Below are positions 28,401 through 40,900 of a DNA stretch of 64,000 bases, in pieces. The stretch lies in the NCBI GenBank assembly GCA_010093995.1, contig ML992504.1, positions 434,001-498,000 on the forward strand, in the 5' to 3' direction. A program made the translations under genes and the position numbers. The first letter of the stretch is position 1, and every line of letters starts with the position of its first letter. The notes beneath the pieces were generated by a model. That model was not told the origin of the DNA. It searched no databases and saw only the letters and a program-made list of their open reading frames with translations. Source of the DNA: Elsinoe ampelina (lineage: Eukaryota).

Positions 28401-31400
28401 GCATTACTTCGTTTCTATTATTAATAATATTAAGAACATATTACTTTTTTAATGCCGATATTAATCTTATATTAGTAGAAGTAAGTTATTATCTTCTCGA
28501 ACTTACTCTCTTTACTCTAATATATTATAGCGTACTAGGCGAGCTATAGGAAGTTACTAGTAATAAAGTAGAACTTAGGAGAGGTATTAGAGAGCTTCGA
28601 GAGATTATATTTATCTAGATAGATAGCTAGCCTTAGGTGTATAGTAGCTTATATAATATCCTTTAAGCTATTAAAGTAGTAGAAACATAGATAGTACCTT
28701 AGCGGCATATACTATAGTCTAAATAGGCTATATTCTTCTAGCGGAAAAAAAGAAGCTATATTCTTCTAAAACTATATAAAGTAAGACTATACCCCGAACT
28801 AAGTCGCTAGGTCGGTTAAAATCCGTCTAGCTATAGTTATAGAACTATTAAGCAAGTTTACTTCTAATAACAATAATAGAAATTATAGGATTTATAGGGG
28901 CTATAGCCTCTTAGAGGTAGAACAAGCTAAATAAAACTTTATTAGTTAAGAACTAAATAGTTTTATAAATAATATAATAGCAAATAAAACATAGTAGTAT
29001 TACTACTCTTACCTTTAGTAGTTTAGTCACTATCGCGGGTATTAAACGTTCTATATTATAATATTCTTTTTCTACTAATCTCCTTTACGCTTCTTATTAG
29101 TATTAATATCTATAAAGTAAAGCTTCTTAGGAGTAAGAAACACTTCTAAGTTCTCTTCTATAGTAGTCTCGGCTATAGAAAGTAGTCGCTAGCTACTATA
29201 ATATTAATAAGAGTTATCTATAAGTATTAGTATATATAGATAAATAGGAAAGAGGTAAACTTACTTTATATAAAGTCGAGAAGATCTTTAATAGATACTA
29301 TAGAAGGAGTAAGATAGAGAAAGATCTTATAGGCACTAGAGATAAGAGTTGTAACATGCTTAGTAATAGTAGCGTCTAGATCGAAAGAGTCTTTAATAGC
29401 GAAGACTTATATAGAGTTATATATGTTAAGCTAGTAGAGTTAGAGGTAATTACCTCTAATATTAAGGATCTACCTAAGCTTACTAATATAGTAATTAACG
29501 TAACAATTCTTGTCCTTGCTAGTACTAGGCTTTATTAAGTCGTAGATACGGATATTCTTTCTTAATGTTAGATATAAAATAGTATCTACTTTAATAATCT
29601 CTATAATCTAGATCGTAGCAAATTTAATGTTAATCTAGACACAATTAGACGCTAGTCTCTAGTTAAAGCTAAACATTCTATAACGAGGCTATATATATAA
29701 ATCTAATCTCTTATTGCCTGTCTTTATATAAGTTATTTATCTCTCTAAGGATAGTGTTCTTACTTAAAAGAGTATTAGTGTCTATATAGACGAGGTAGCT
29801 AAAGGATATAGACTCTAGGTACCTCCTTTACCTAGCGATGTTATTCTTTCTCTTTTAACTAACGAGAGATTTACCCTTATTAATTATATAGTATTTCGGA
29901 ATAATTGCTATATAGCTTTTATCTTATTAATATTAACTATAGTCCGTAAGTTCTCCTTAAACTAGTCTAGATCTTTTCGATCTAGTTAGTTAATAAAGAG
30001 CTAGAAATTGTTAGGCGTGCTATTTAGTAGCCTAGTTTTAATTTTAAAGCGTGCTTTAAGCACCTTAGAATTACGTAACTCGCTTCTATCTTATTTCTTA
30101 ATTTTAATATTAGATTCTATAAAGACTTTTAAGATTGTTTTTTTTATTCTCGCAAACGTAGTAGAGTATTACTAGTCGTCCTAATTAAAGAAGAATTAGA
30201 TAGATTTCTTACTAATATTATTATTACAAAGTATATTTTTAATAAGAGCTAGCGTAAGGTTATTAAGTAGAATCTTTTCTATAGGTTTAGTAGCGACCTT
30301 TAGCTTCTTTGTCTTTAGTAGTATAGTACTATTATATATATTTAATAAGTGTAAGAATATCTACTAGTAAAGGTGTTATATAAGGCAGGTAAGGTTAGAG
30401 AGGTTAAGATTATATAGCTAGGAACTAAGCGTAGTAAGTTAAGCGCTATAGAGTAAATAGTAGTAATTATAAATACCTACTACCTAGTATAATATTAAAA
30501 TGCTACGCGGAAAGTAGGTAATAACTTCTTAAATATAATAAAATTTGTATTTAAGATAGTATACTAAAGTAAGTAGTATACTTATAACTAAGATCTAGTT
30601 CGGGCCTTAACTTAAAAGTAAACTAGGTTAACTAAGTCTATGTTTCGCACGTGCTAATAGTAATATATAATAATTACTAATATTAGGTCGATGCTAGAAC
30701 TAAAAGTAAATAAGTTAGTTTACTACTAACAAATATTATAGGGCGTAAATTAGGTAAGCAAACAAAACGTAGCTATCGGAGAATATTATAAGTGCTAATT
30801 ATCGTAGAAAATTAGTGTCGAAGTAATTAACTATACTAAACACTTATATATTAGTACTATATACGAAGTTATATATACTTTAAACAGCTAGTAGACTATT
30901 TAACAAAGAGTATTATTGTATAAAGTAACAACCTTAATGTCTTTATAGTAGATAGAAGACAAGATAAATAATAAGGAATAAAGAAAGATATATAGTATAC
31001 TTATACGTATTAGATAAGGAGATTTTATTTACTAGTTAGAGAAGGGGGATTAAAGCAATAGGTATATAATCTATATAGAAAGAAGTACATTACTAACGCG
31101 AGAAAGTTATAATAAAGTACTACTAATAACAAAACTCTGCTATAAAAGCAATTATAAAAGAGAATACTACTAATATAGCTTCGCCTATAATACTCTCTAT
31201 AGTAAGCTACTATCTAGTAGGAGGTAGTAGATGTATCTTTACCTACGATATGCCTTCGTCTTTTCCCCTTTGTTATACTAGTTATTCCTCTATAATTCTC
31301 TTCTTAATATCCTTATACTATAAGGTAAGTAATTTCTAGTAGACGCTAGCTTCTTTACTCTCTTTACATACGCTAGAACTCCTAGTAGTGCTATCTATAA

Positions 31401-31935
31401 GATCGAGAGATGCTCCGTAATAGATTTACTTAGTCGTAGCTACTAGATAGAGACAGTAGCTAATTCTACTAATAATACGTAGCTAGTGTAAAGGAAGCTA
31501 TAGAGGGTAGTAGTAGCGGGGAGAGAGAAAGAGGTATTAGAGTCTCCTTACGTACCCTTAAGCCTATAGCGGCGTAGTAGGTAAGATAGAGAGGTATACT
31601 ATAATAGATTTGCTCTAGCGTAACTACTAGGTACTAGCGGTAGTTAATCCTATAAACACGACATAGCTAGTATAGAGGATACTATTAGAAGTAGTAGCGA
31701 TAGCAAGGCAGGAGTAAATATTAGAGTCGCTATTATATATATAGTAATAGATAATTATAGTGTACTAGGCGGGGGATCTACTATAATAGATAGCTAGCTA
31801 TTATCGAGGTTAGATAGAGAGGAGAGAAAAGGTTACACCGGGGACACTAACGCCTATATTTAGGTCGGTATAAGCGGAGGGCGTGAACTAAGGCGTTATT
31901 ACAAATCGTATTTGTAATGTAGTTATATCGCTATA
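25464..31935 (-). mobile_element. Putative mobile unit 2 (~6.5 kb), paralogous to unit 1
   Basis: Same termini as unit 1 (TATATTATAGAC... and ...GTTATATCGCTATA). Interior diverged at DNA level but homologous in translation (de-RIP AFMLKPTMPSYQP...MMQKVI vs unit 1 AFMMKPTAPFYRP...MMQKVI). Same intron-like segment (GTTAGTTCG...ACTAATAAG). Helicase motifs less clear. Confidence 0.65.
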
Positions 31936-34900
31936 TAATAAGTATACGACAAAACTAAGAGGAGATAAAGTTTAGCGCGTTAAACTTTATAGTTCTATAA
32001 GTGTTAGTTTAGGCTAACTAATTATAACTAAGTATAATTCTAGTATATCTCTCTCGTAAGTAAACTAAGATCTAAGGCTTATCTATCGCAAGTAACACTC
32101 GCACCGAATTACTACCTATACTACTACTCTTTCTCTCTTCTTCTCTCTATAGCTACACCTATATCCACTTCTTATTAACTAGCGATATGCTTAATTAAAG
32201 CTATTAAGTAAGCCCTCGCCCTTGACGATAAAGGCTATAGAGACTTATATAGTCTCTTAGAGGATATTATAATAGGTAAAGGCATAGTTAGAAGAACATT
32301 TAGATCGATTTCTAATAGGAGAAAGTTAGAGAAGGAGGTACTTCTAGTAGCACTAGACAGTAATAACATTCGGTACATATTTCGGCGTATAATAGAGCTC
32401 TTAGAGAGCGGCGATAGTTAAGCTATCTTCCGTGCTCTTATCTATAAGATAAGTACTAATTTTAGACGTCGGCGAGTATAGTTACACTTAAGATTATATA
32501 AGCCTAGAGAAGCGTAGAATAGTGCTAATATACTTACCTCGAACAAATTCTCAAATTGCTAATTGTAATTATAAGTGCCTTTACTCTCTAATTAACTAGA
32601 CAATATACTATTAGTAGTTCGTAAGGATAGAGAGATATGTCTTATCTACTCGATTAGAGATCTCCTACTTACACGTTATAAAGCTATAACTACTATGTCT
32701 AAGGAGAATATAGATATTAAGTTCGATTAGCTAAGAGTAATATTAATTATAATAGACTACTATATATATAATAAGTAAAGCAATGTTATAGGTTAGAAGG
32801 ATAATAGAACGCTATATTTCGCTATAATAGAGAATACTATCTAGTTTAAGGCTATTATCTTATCTAAGATATTACATAGTTTACCTCTTTATATTCTAAT
32901 AAGGTAACAAGATTAAGGAAAGTATCTAGCCGAAGCAAGTATAAAGGAGAATAGTCTAGTAGTAGACTAAGTCGAACTAAAAAGTAGTAGAGTAATCTAC
33001 GCTAAGCTATACCTACTACTAAACCCTAGAGTTTTAGTTTGTTTACTACGCTTTATCCTTCCTTGCCTTTTAACTAAATTGCCCTTTAGAATTACTTATC
33101 TATCCTTCTACTATTAATCTGTCGGGTCTATTAGTATCTTTCGGCTAGGCTCCTAAGTATAAATGTTAATTACACCGACCTTGTTTCTCTAGCGGCTAAT
33201 ATCTAGACTATAGGATTAAGTATATAGGCTCCTCTTATCTATTTAGGTGTTAAAGTATAGTCTTCTAATAGTCTCTCTAACTAGCTAGAGGCTTAAATTA
33301 GAAGCTCTCTACTATATATATACGGAGAAGAGTATAATTACGTTAGTAGCTAGCAAAAGCGATATAGGACCTAGTAGCCTAAATAGCTTAATAGATAGTA
33401 ACTCCTAGAGGAAGACATTGCACTTATTTAGCAGGAAGTAGGCCGATTATAATTAATAGTAGAGAAGAACGTAAGCTTAATCGGACAACTCTAGTAAGAG
33501 AATAATATACTTAGGAAGTATATTAGTAAAGCTTTTTACACATTTAGTATCGCCTCTACGGACCTTACTAGTAGGGTATTAAGAGGCTTATTCGGATTAA
33601 ACAAGAGTATACAACGCTATACTAATAGTGCTACTCTACTATTACTATATATAGTTACTAATAGCTAATTAACGCCTACTCCCTATTACAATATAATTAG
33701 TAGAAGATAAGCTACTCTATCTAGCGTATCTTATTCGGACACTCTAGACAGCGAGATAGTAAGCGATTAATGCTTTTAGCACTTAGAAGATATACTACTT
33801 AGCAAAGGAGAGACTACTAACGTAATTAATAAGGGAGCTACTACATAAATCGTACTATTTATCTATATATACAATAGCTAGTTCCTATAGTCTTTCAAAT
33901 TAGTATATAATTGCTTAGTCTAAGTTTAATCTACAATTTCTCTCTATATATTTCTACTCTAATTGTTGCTTAACCTAACAACAAATACTATATTTAGTTT
34001 AAGTATTTAGTCTAAGTAAGTTTAAGTAGCTTTCTTTTTTAGTTTAGCTTCTAGCAATTAGTACTCCGTAAGTTAGACCTAGCTACAAGTCTAATTTAAT
34101 ACTCTTACTAGTTAAGATTACCTTAGGGTATAGGCGGATATAACTAATTCTAATTAGAAGAAAGTTACGTACTCTAAACACCTAACTAAGCTATTATCTA
34201 ACTTAAACTAACACTAAGTTACTATAACGTATATAAGATAACTATCTATCCCCCTTATAGTATATATTATTCCGGCCTACCTTGCTAACTCTCCTACACC
34301 TATATACCTCTTTATTAGAACTATTATAAACTAAGATATCTTAGGCACGTTAGCGCCTATATAGCTTAGACTATAAGACCGATAAGTATTCTAAAGATAA
34401 TAATTTAGGTTATTTTAACTAGGATAAAGTAGAGTAAGGCTTTAGTATTAAGGGAGACTAAGCTAACTATATAGGCTATAAATATAACATTAAAGACAAA
34501 GGAGAAGGCATAAATTAGACATTGCTACTCTCGATTTAAGTTTAAGAGAGCTATAACCCGACGAGAATAGCCTAATATTAGTCTCTACACCGGTTAAGAT
34601 AGTAAAGTAGAGACAATAGAACATACTAAACTAGTATCTCGACATTTTCGAGGCAGTACGTAACAATCTATATATAAGTATAGCTATTAGAGTAGATTAT
34701 AATACAATATTACTAACATTAGATAATTAATAGCTACTCCTACAGATTATATAGTACTAGCGCTCGGTCCGTAACTAGCTACTAGTACTTTATCTATAGA
34801 GGACTATAGGTAAATACCCTTCCGTAGTTATAGCTAGTAAAGTAAGTTACGTAGCTAAAGCTAATTACTTATTAATATATATATAGCTCCGAGAGGCGCT

Positions 34901-37900
34901 CTACTATAGTTATAATAACATTACACGAATAGTAAGCGAGATACTCTACTACGAATAGCTAGCTAAGAGGCTAGAGAATAGTAAGCTACCGAATTAAGTA
35001 CGTAGGCTACTAGAGGAAAGAAAGTACTAATACAAGGACGGCGATTTAGTACGCGCTAGATGTACTTATTAATTAATTACTTATATATAGTAGTATAAAT
35101 GCTTTAGGAGTTCTTTAATATATAAAGCCTTTTAAGTAGCCTTTGTCAGACGTATAGGCTTAGCTATAATAGCTAGTACTTACTATTACTTTAATAAACT
35201 AATACTCTTTCTTATTTTCTCCCTCCTAGTAACGATTTATATACTCTTAGTTAAGTAAGTAAACGGAGTTAAGTTCTACTTACCTAAGAGAACACTAGTA
35301 TTTAAATGTATAGAACCTTTAGAACTTAATTATATCTAACTAAGCATTTAGAATAACTTCCTAGCGTAGATTAGCCCAAGATAGGTTCTTATTCTTTGTT
35401 AGCTAAAACTTAGCTTTACTAAGTGTGTCGAGAGGAATAGACTTACTATCGTAGTAGTAGTATTAAATATATCTCTTTACGCTAATACTATAGAGGGACT
35501 ATTAGATAGAGAGAATATAAGGGAAAGGTATATATATACCTTCTTATTTTAGTTCGGCCTACCTAACTTTAAACTAACTTATAGAGAAGTTAGGTATATA
35601 ATAACGAGCCTAATAGTAGAGGTAATAGCTATTATGTAGTACTAGTACAAAATGCTTCTACTAAGTACCTTTTAAGAGGTAAGCTTAATTCTCCTATTAG
35701 CTTCTTAAGTTTAATACTAATAGATTAAGAAGAGTGTCTAATTAAGGCTAAACGCTCTATTATAGCGCATTAAGGTACTACTTAGTTCGCGTATAGAAGC
35801 GAAGTACTAAATTGCCCTATAGCGACTTCTACGATAGAAGTATAGCTAGCGTAGATGCCTAATATAGATAGTAACCTCGTCGTGACTTTAACTACTACTA
35901 AACTAAGTTAGGTTATAGTTAGTACATACGAGGATTAATAGACTTAATAGCGACATTTACCCGGGCTACTTAATTATATACGTACTATACTATCCTAAGA
36001 CAAACAACTTAATAGCGATTTACTAGCAGTCGAGGTATAGTAGAAGGATTTCTTAGGTACATAGATGTAGATAAACTTTTTATCCTTCGTATATAAGAAG
36101 TTTAGAGGCCTACTACGTAAACTAGTCTTATAGTACTAAATTGGCCTAAAGTATAGTAGCGGTATCTTAGACATTAAGGAGAATAGACATCCGCTAGATA
36201 GAGATGCTTTTATAGAACTAAGGGATAAGGATATAGAATTGTAAGAAGACAGTATATATATTATTATTAAGAGTAGCGTTAGGTAGAATATAAAGTAATA
36301 TATGTATTCTAGCGACCTTATATAATTTTCTAGACGTAGTAGACGAATTACAAGGTCTATATAATATATAGACATATATAATATATACTACAAGGTAAGC
36401 TACGTAATAGAATATTTCTATAATTAATATTATTAAGCTTATAGAGTAGATATAAACTAATTACTTCGCGAACTAAGAAACGCTTAAACTAAGATAAGAG
36501 ATATACGTAGTGCGCTATCTACTATTAGGCCGTCTCTATTTGCTATATATTAGAGGTTTTTAGATTTCTACGGGGAAAAACTATATTACTTCTAAGTAGG
36601 ACCTAGAGGTAACTAGGGAATTACATTAAACTAAGTTAAACTAAGTTAGTTGCTTAGAAGTAGTCTAATATAGCTCTCTAGCGTTAGGGATTTCGTAACG
36701 TAACTATTCGAATAAGCTCTAATTAGAAGCGAGTAACTAAATATAATAGAATGTTTTTCTAATTAATTGCTAGACAAGCTCGAAGTTATATAAGTACTTA
36801 GACTACTAGTACTTCCTTATAGACTAGTCTTATTACTTTTCTACAAAAATTTAACTCTCTATATTTACTTATTATATTAGTACTATTCTTTCCTAGCGTA
36901 GAGTAGGTAAGAGTATTACTACACTATAGGTAGTAAACGTATAGACGGCTATCTAATACCTATATAGCTTCTCCGAAATATCCCTATACTTATCTAGTTC
37001 TTAGTTTTAAGTTCTAGTATAGTATATAGAACTCCTTAGAGTAACTATAGCGAGATGCCTAAAGTGTTAAGTTCTACTACGTTAAGAAGCTTTAGAGGTC
37101 TATTTATTCGTTAGAACGTACTAAGGGATTAAGCATTAGACACTTTAGAAGATACTATTATATAAGCTAACTACTCTTATTATATTATTATATAGTAAAA
37201 CGATAGTTAAGTAAATCTTAAGGGATAGGGATTACTATAACTAATAGAGTTAATAAAAGACGTAGTTATAGATCGATTAGATCGTCGGAGTCTATTATAG
37301 TAGAGTAGAAGTTATATAGTATTATAGACAGTATAGGTGTTTATAATGTTATACTTATTTAGCTATACAATTTTAAATAATAGATTTGTTTTTAGACTAT
37401 TAGAAAGTCTTCTTTACTATTACTTTATATAAGGCATTTTAAAACGCGCTAGTAGCCCCTATACAATTATAAATATTAATTATAACTAACATTTTTAATT
37501 CTAACCTTTAAAGTATATAATAAACAGAAAGGATTAAAGTATTATTATATTATATTATTATAGTAAAGAAATTTATTACTCTCTCTATACTATTCCCTTA
37601 GTATAAAGTACTACCTAAAGCTCTAACCCTTAACGTATTACTAACCTAGAACTTCTTATAGTAGCGCTTAGTAAGGCTAGAGTCCTTAGCCTAAATAGTA
37701 ATATACTTAGTATAGATAGTATTAAGGTTTATATCTATATATAGTATTAATAGAGAATTTAACACATATTAGATAAGTATATACCTTCTATATATCTAAT
37801 AATAAATACCTCTACTAATTCCTAGAGAGCTCTAATTATACTAGTCTAGAAGCGGAGGTTAGACTTAAAGTCCTAAGTAATCTTATAGATAAGGTAAAAA

Positions 37901-40900
37901 AAGAGAAGCTTATAGAATAATAAGGTAACCTCTTTCTAGTAGCGACGAATCTCTCGGAGAGTAATAGCTAGCTTCTATTAGTTCTATACTATAATTAAAG
38001 ACTATAATAATTACTACTAGGCTTATATCTATACTTCTTTCTAGACTTAGCTCTAGATTATAGTGCCTTCTTTATAGTAGGTTACTTCTCTTTATAACCT
38101 CTTTCTCTAGGACTAGTAGTAGCTTAAGGACAATTCTTAGTATATACTATAGTAAAATAAGAGGTTATTTATATATAGCTAAGAAGTTAAAGTTCGTATA
38201 TAAAATTTTAGTATATATAAAATAGTAAAAAGAAGAGACTAGAGTAAGAAATATAAAATCTATTATTAGATATGCTATTTACTATTAATAATAAGAATAA
38301 TAGAAGAATAATAAATAACTTATATAATAATAGCTTCCTTGTTCCTTACCTTAGCTTCTCCTTTTATTATTTTATACATTTATAAATTGTAATTTTTAAC
38401 TCTAACTTTACCTTTATACCTTTACCTCTTTTACTTACCTTATATATAATTTATATACTATAAATACTCTTTTTATTATATTTAATTAAATGTCTATACC
38501 TATAGAAGACATTAAGATAGAGTAGAAAGAGTAGGTAGTAATTAAGTAGAAAGAAGACTCTAGGGAGAATATTCTAAGAGAATTGTTAGGGGTATTAATT
38601 ATAGTTTCTTATTATATATAGTTGCTAATAATACTAGGGGTTTAATTCTAAGTAGTAGGAAATTAAATACTAGATCTCTTAGCGTAGCGCTAGTTAAACT
38701 AGAAAGAGCTATAAGACTAGATTTATCGCTAGACACTCTAGACCTCTAAGTTAAAGCGCTTATACTATTAAGTAGAGAGATTATACTTCTTAGCGTATAT
38801 ATAAGGAGTAAGCTCTAGCTACTACTTATATAGTAGATTATAAAGCAGTTAGTACTTTACGTAATAAGATTAAGACAGAGGATAGGTAGGACTAGCTCTC
38901 TACTAATAAGTAGAATGTTAAAATTAATAATGCTATTAATAATATAGAAGAGAAACGCTTTAATAAGTAAAGGAGTAGTAAGTCTATTATTATAGTATAC
39001 TATTATAGTAGTACTAATTATTATAGGCAAGTAGCTCGAATCTATGTTTATATAGACCTATAAGAAATAGACTAGTATTAGAAAGACTCTATAAAAGTAA
39101 GAGTATAATAAGATTATTAAGCATATCTAAGATAATATAGTAGCAAATTAGTAAGGCAAACAATAGCTAATATAAGCCTATACGTATATCTATAGTACTA
39201 GCGGTATTATCGAGAAGCTATAGCGCTAGATTTACTAGGATAGCTATATAAGCCTTATTACTAATAACACTAACAATAAATAGACATATAAGATTTTTTT
39301 TAAGTAGCTTAAAGAGCTTCCTCCTATAGAATTAGTAGTCTTATAGGATCCTAACTAGTAGTAAGTTTATTATAGTCTTTAATTATAGTGTATTCTAACA
39401 ATTATATAGGTAAGTTATTCCTCTATCTCCTAATTATAAATATATCTCCGAGCTTAAACTCTATAGTACTAGGCTATACTATAAAGGAGATAATAATAAT
39501 AAGTATAAGAAGGAAGTTAAGGAGGATAAGGATAAGATCGAAAGGATGTTAGATAAAGAAGCTAGTAGTAAGGAGGATAATTATTTAGGTGTTAAAGTTA
39601 AAGATAAGTTAGATAGTAAGGATAAGAATAATAAGATTATAGAGCACTCTAAGCTTAAGACTAACACTAATAACAATAATAAGAATAAGAATATAGAGGA
39701 TAAGGATACTACTAAGGTTAAGGATAAGGAGATATCTAATACCTAGGTATAATAGGGATTAAAAGTGCAAAATCTATAAGTAGTAGTATTAGAGAATATA
39801 GTTTATAATTAGAATCTATAATTAGTAATCCTCTCTTATTAACTTTTAAGATTACTACTTAAACTTTTTAGATTACTAATACCCTACTAGGTATAAAATT
39901 AATTACTCTACTCTACTCTACCTACCTCCCGGTATACTCTACTCTTACCTACCTTAGCGTAGATATACTAAGAGGTAGATAGAGTATAGGTAAGGTAGGT
40001 TATAGGTATCTAAATTGTATACCCTACCTTACCTACTAACTACCCTAGCTAAGGATAAAGAACTATAGCTACTATATAGACTAGTAACTTATTAAGCTTA
40101 GTATAATAGTTATTTAGCTTCTACTAGCCGAGATTATATACTATACTAAAGTAAGCCTTAGAGGTAAGGAGGCTAGTGTTAACGCTTAGTTATAAGGCTA
40201 AAGAGACTAGATATTTAATACATTTAGACTTAAAGTGATAGAGGAGACGTTTATAAGCTAGAAGTACTTACTAAATGTAGCTAAATTTGCTACTAACATT
40301 GCCTTAGAGGAGGATAGTTACACGTTAAAGAGGCTTAAGGAGTTTATAATAGTACTTAAGTACTATCTAATCCTTAGAGGTAAGCATGTTATAAATAATA
40401 GATAGCTAATAAGGGGGAGGTCTATTAGCTTACTCTACTCTTCGGTAACAACTAGTATATTTATTAGCTTTAAGCTAGTAGAATTCATTAATTGCACGCC
40501 TTAAATAGAGAGCTCTTTTAATAGCGTTATTAAAGCTATTCTAGCAAGTGTTAATGTCCTTTATAAGAGTATAAATCTTCTTCTTTTTAGCTAGCTAGAG
40601 AGGTATAATAAGCTTTAATTAAAGCTTATTAAAGCGGTCGATTCGCTAAGGTAAAGCGTTAATATAATAAATAACATTATATAATTTACTATAAGGGCCC
40701 TTTTTCCTCTAAATCTAAAGGAGTATCTCTTTAAGTGTAGAATCTTTAAGCTTATACTTAAAGGCTTAAGAGTTATTACTAAAGAGTATAGCTTAGCTAC
40801 AGAGGTTAAATATATAGCTATAGCACTAGAGTTAATAGTCTAGTATCTTAAAGCTAAATTCGCAGCTAAGATAGTCTAAATAAGTATTATTATTAGAGGC

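Larger units (their letters stand above)
12984..36700 (-). mobile_element. Plavaka-transposase (CACTA/EnSpm-related) element, ~10.6 kb of own sequence, inserted in the hAT-B transposase
   Basis: Imperfect ~27-bp TIR CGTTACGAAAGTCCTAAGCGTAGAGAG versus reverse-complement CGTTACGAAATCCCTAACGCTAGAGAG; TA on both sides; 29-bp subterminal tandem repeats; Plavaka transposase relic inside. Confidence 0.8.
10577..40047 (-). mobile_element. hAT DNA transposon B (~5.7 kb of own sequence: 10577-12983 and 36703-40047) inserted in the hAT-A transposase
   Basis: 18-bp TIR TAGAGTAGTTAGTAGGTA / TAGGGTAGTTAGTAGGTA (17/18 identical). 8-bp TSD GCTAAGAA (10569-10576) / GCTAAGGA (40048-40055). GGGTA/TACCC-type subterminal repeats. 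Relict transposase motifs after de-RIP: ISIALDGWS-like (~12785-12810), DxxTRWNST-like (~12170-12195), WWK..E..FP.LA..A.DIL..P......ERVF (~11205-11305). Confidence 0.9.

Noticed and set aside
18179..31935. Helitron identity for the helicase units
   Set aside because: The helicase is SF2/SNF2-type rather than Pif1; no Rep/HUH motif, 5'-TC or 3'-CTRR hairpin end recognised.
23966..39746. Short ORFs at 23966, 28355, 36136 and 39546
   Set aside because: I/L/Y/K/N-rich chance open frames produced by RIP within TE relics; not credible genes.
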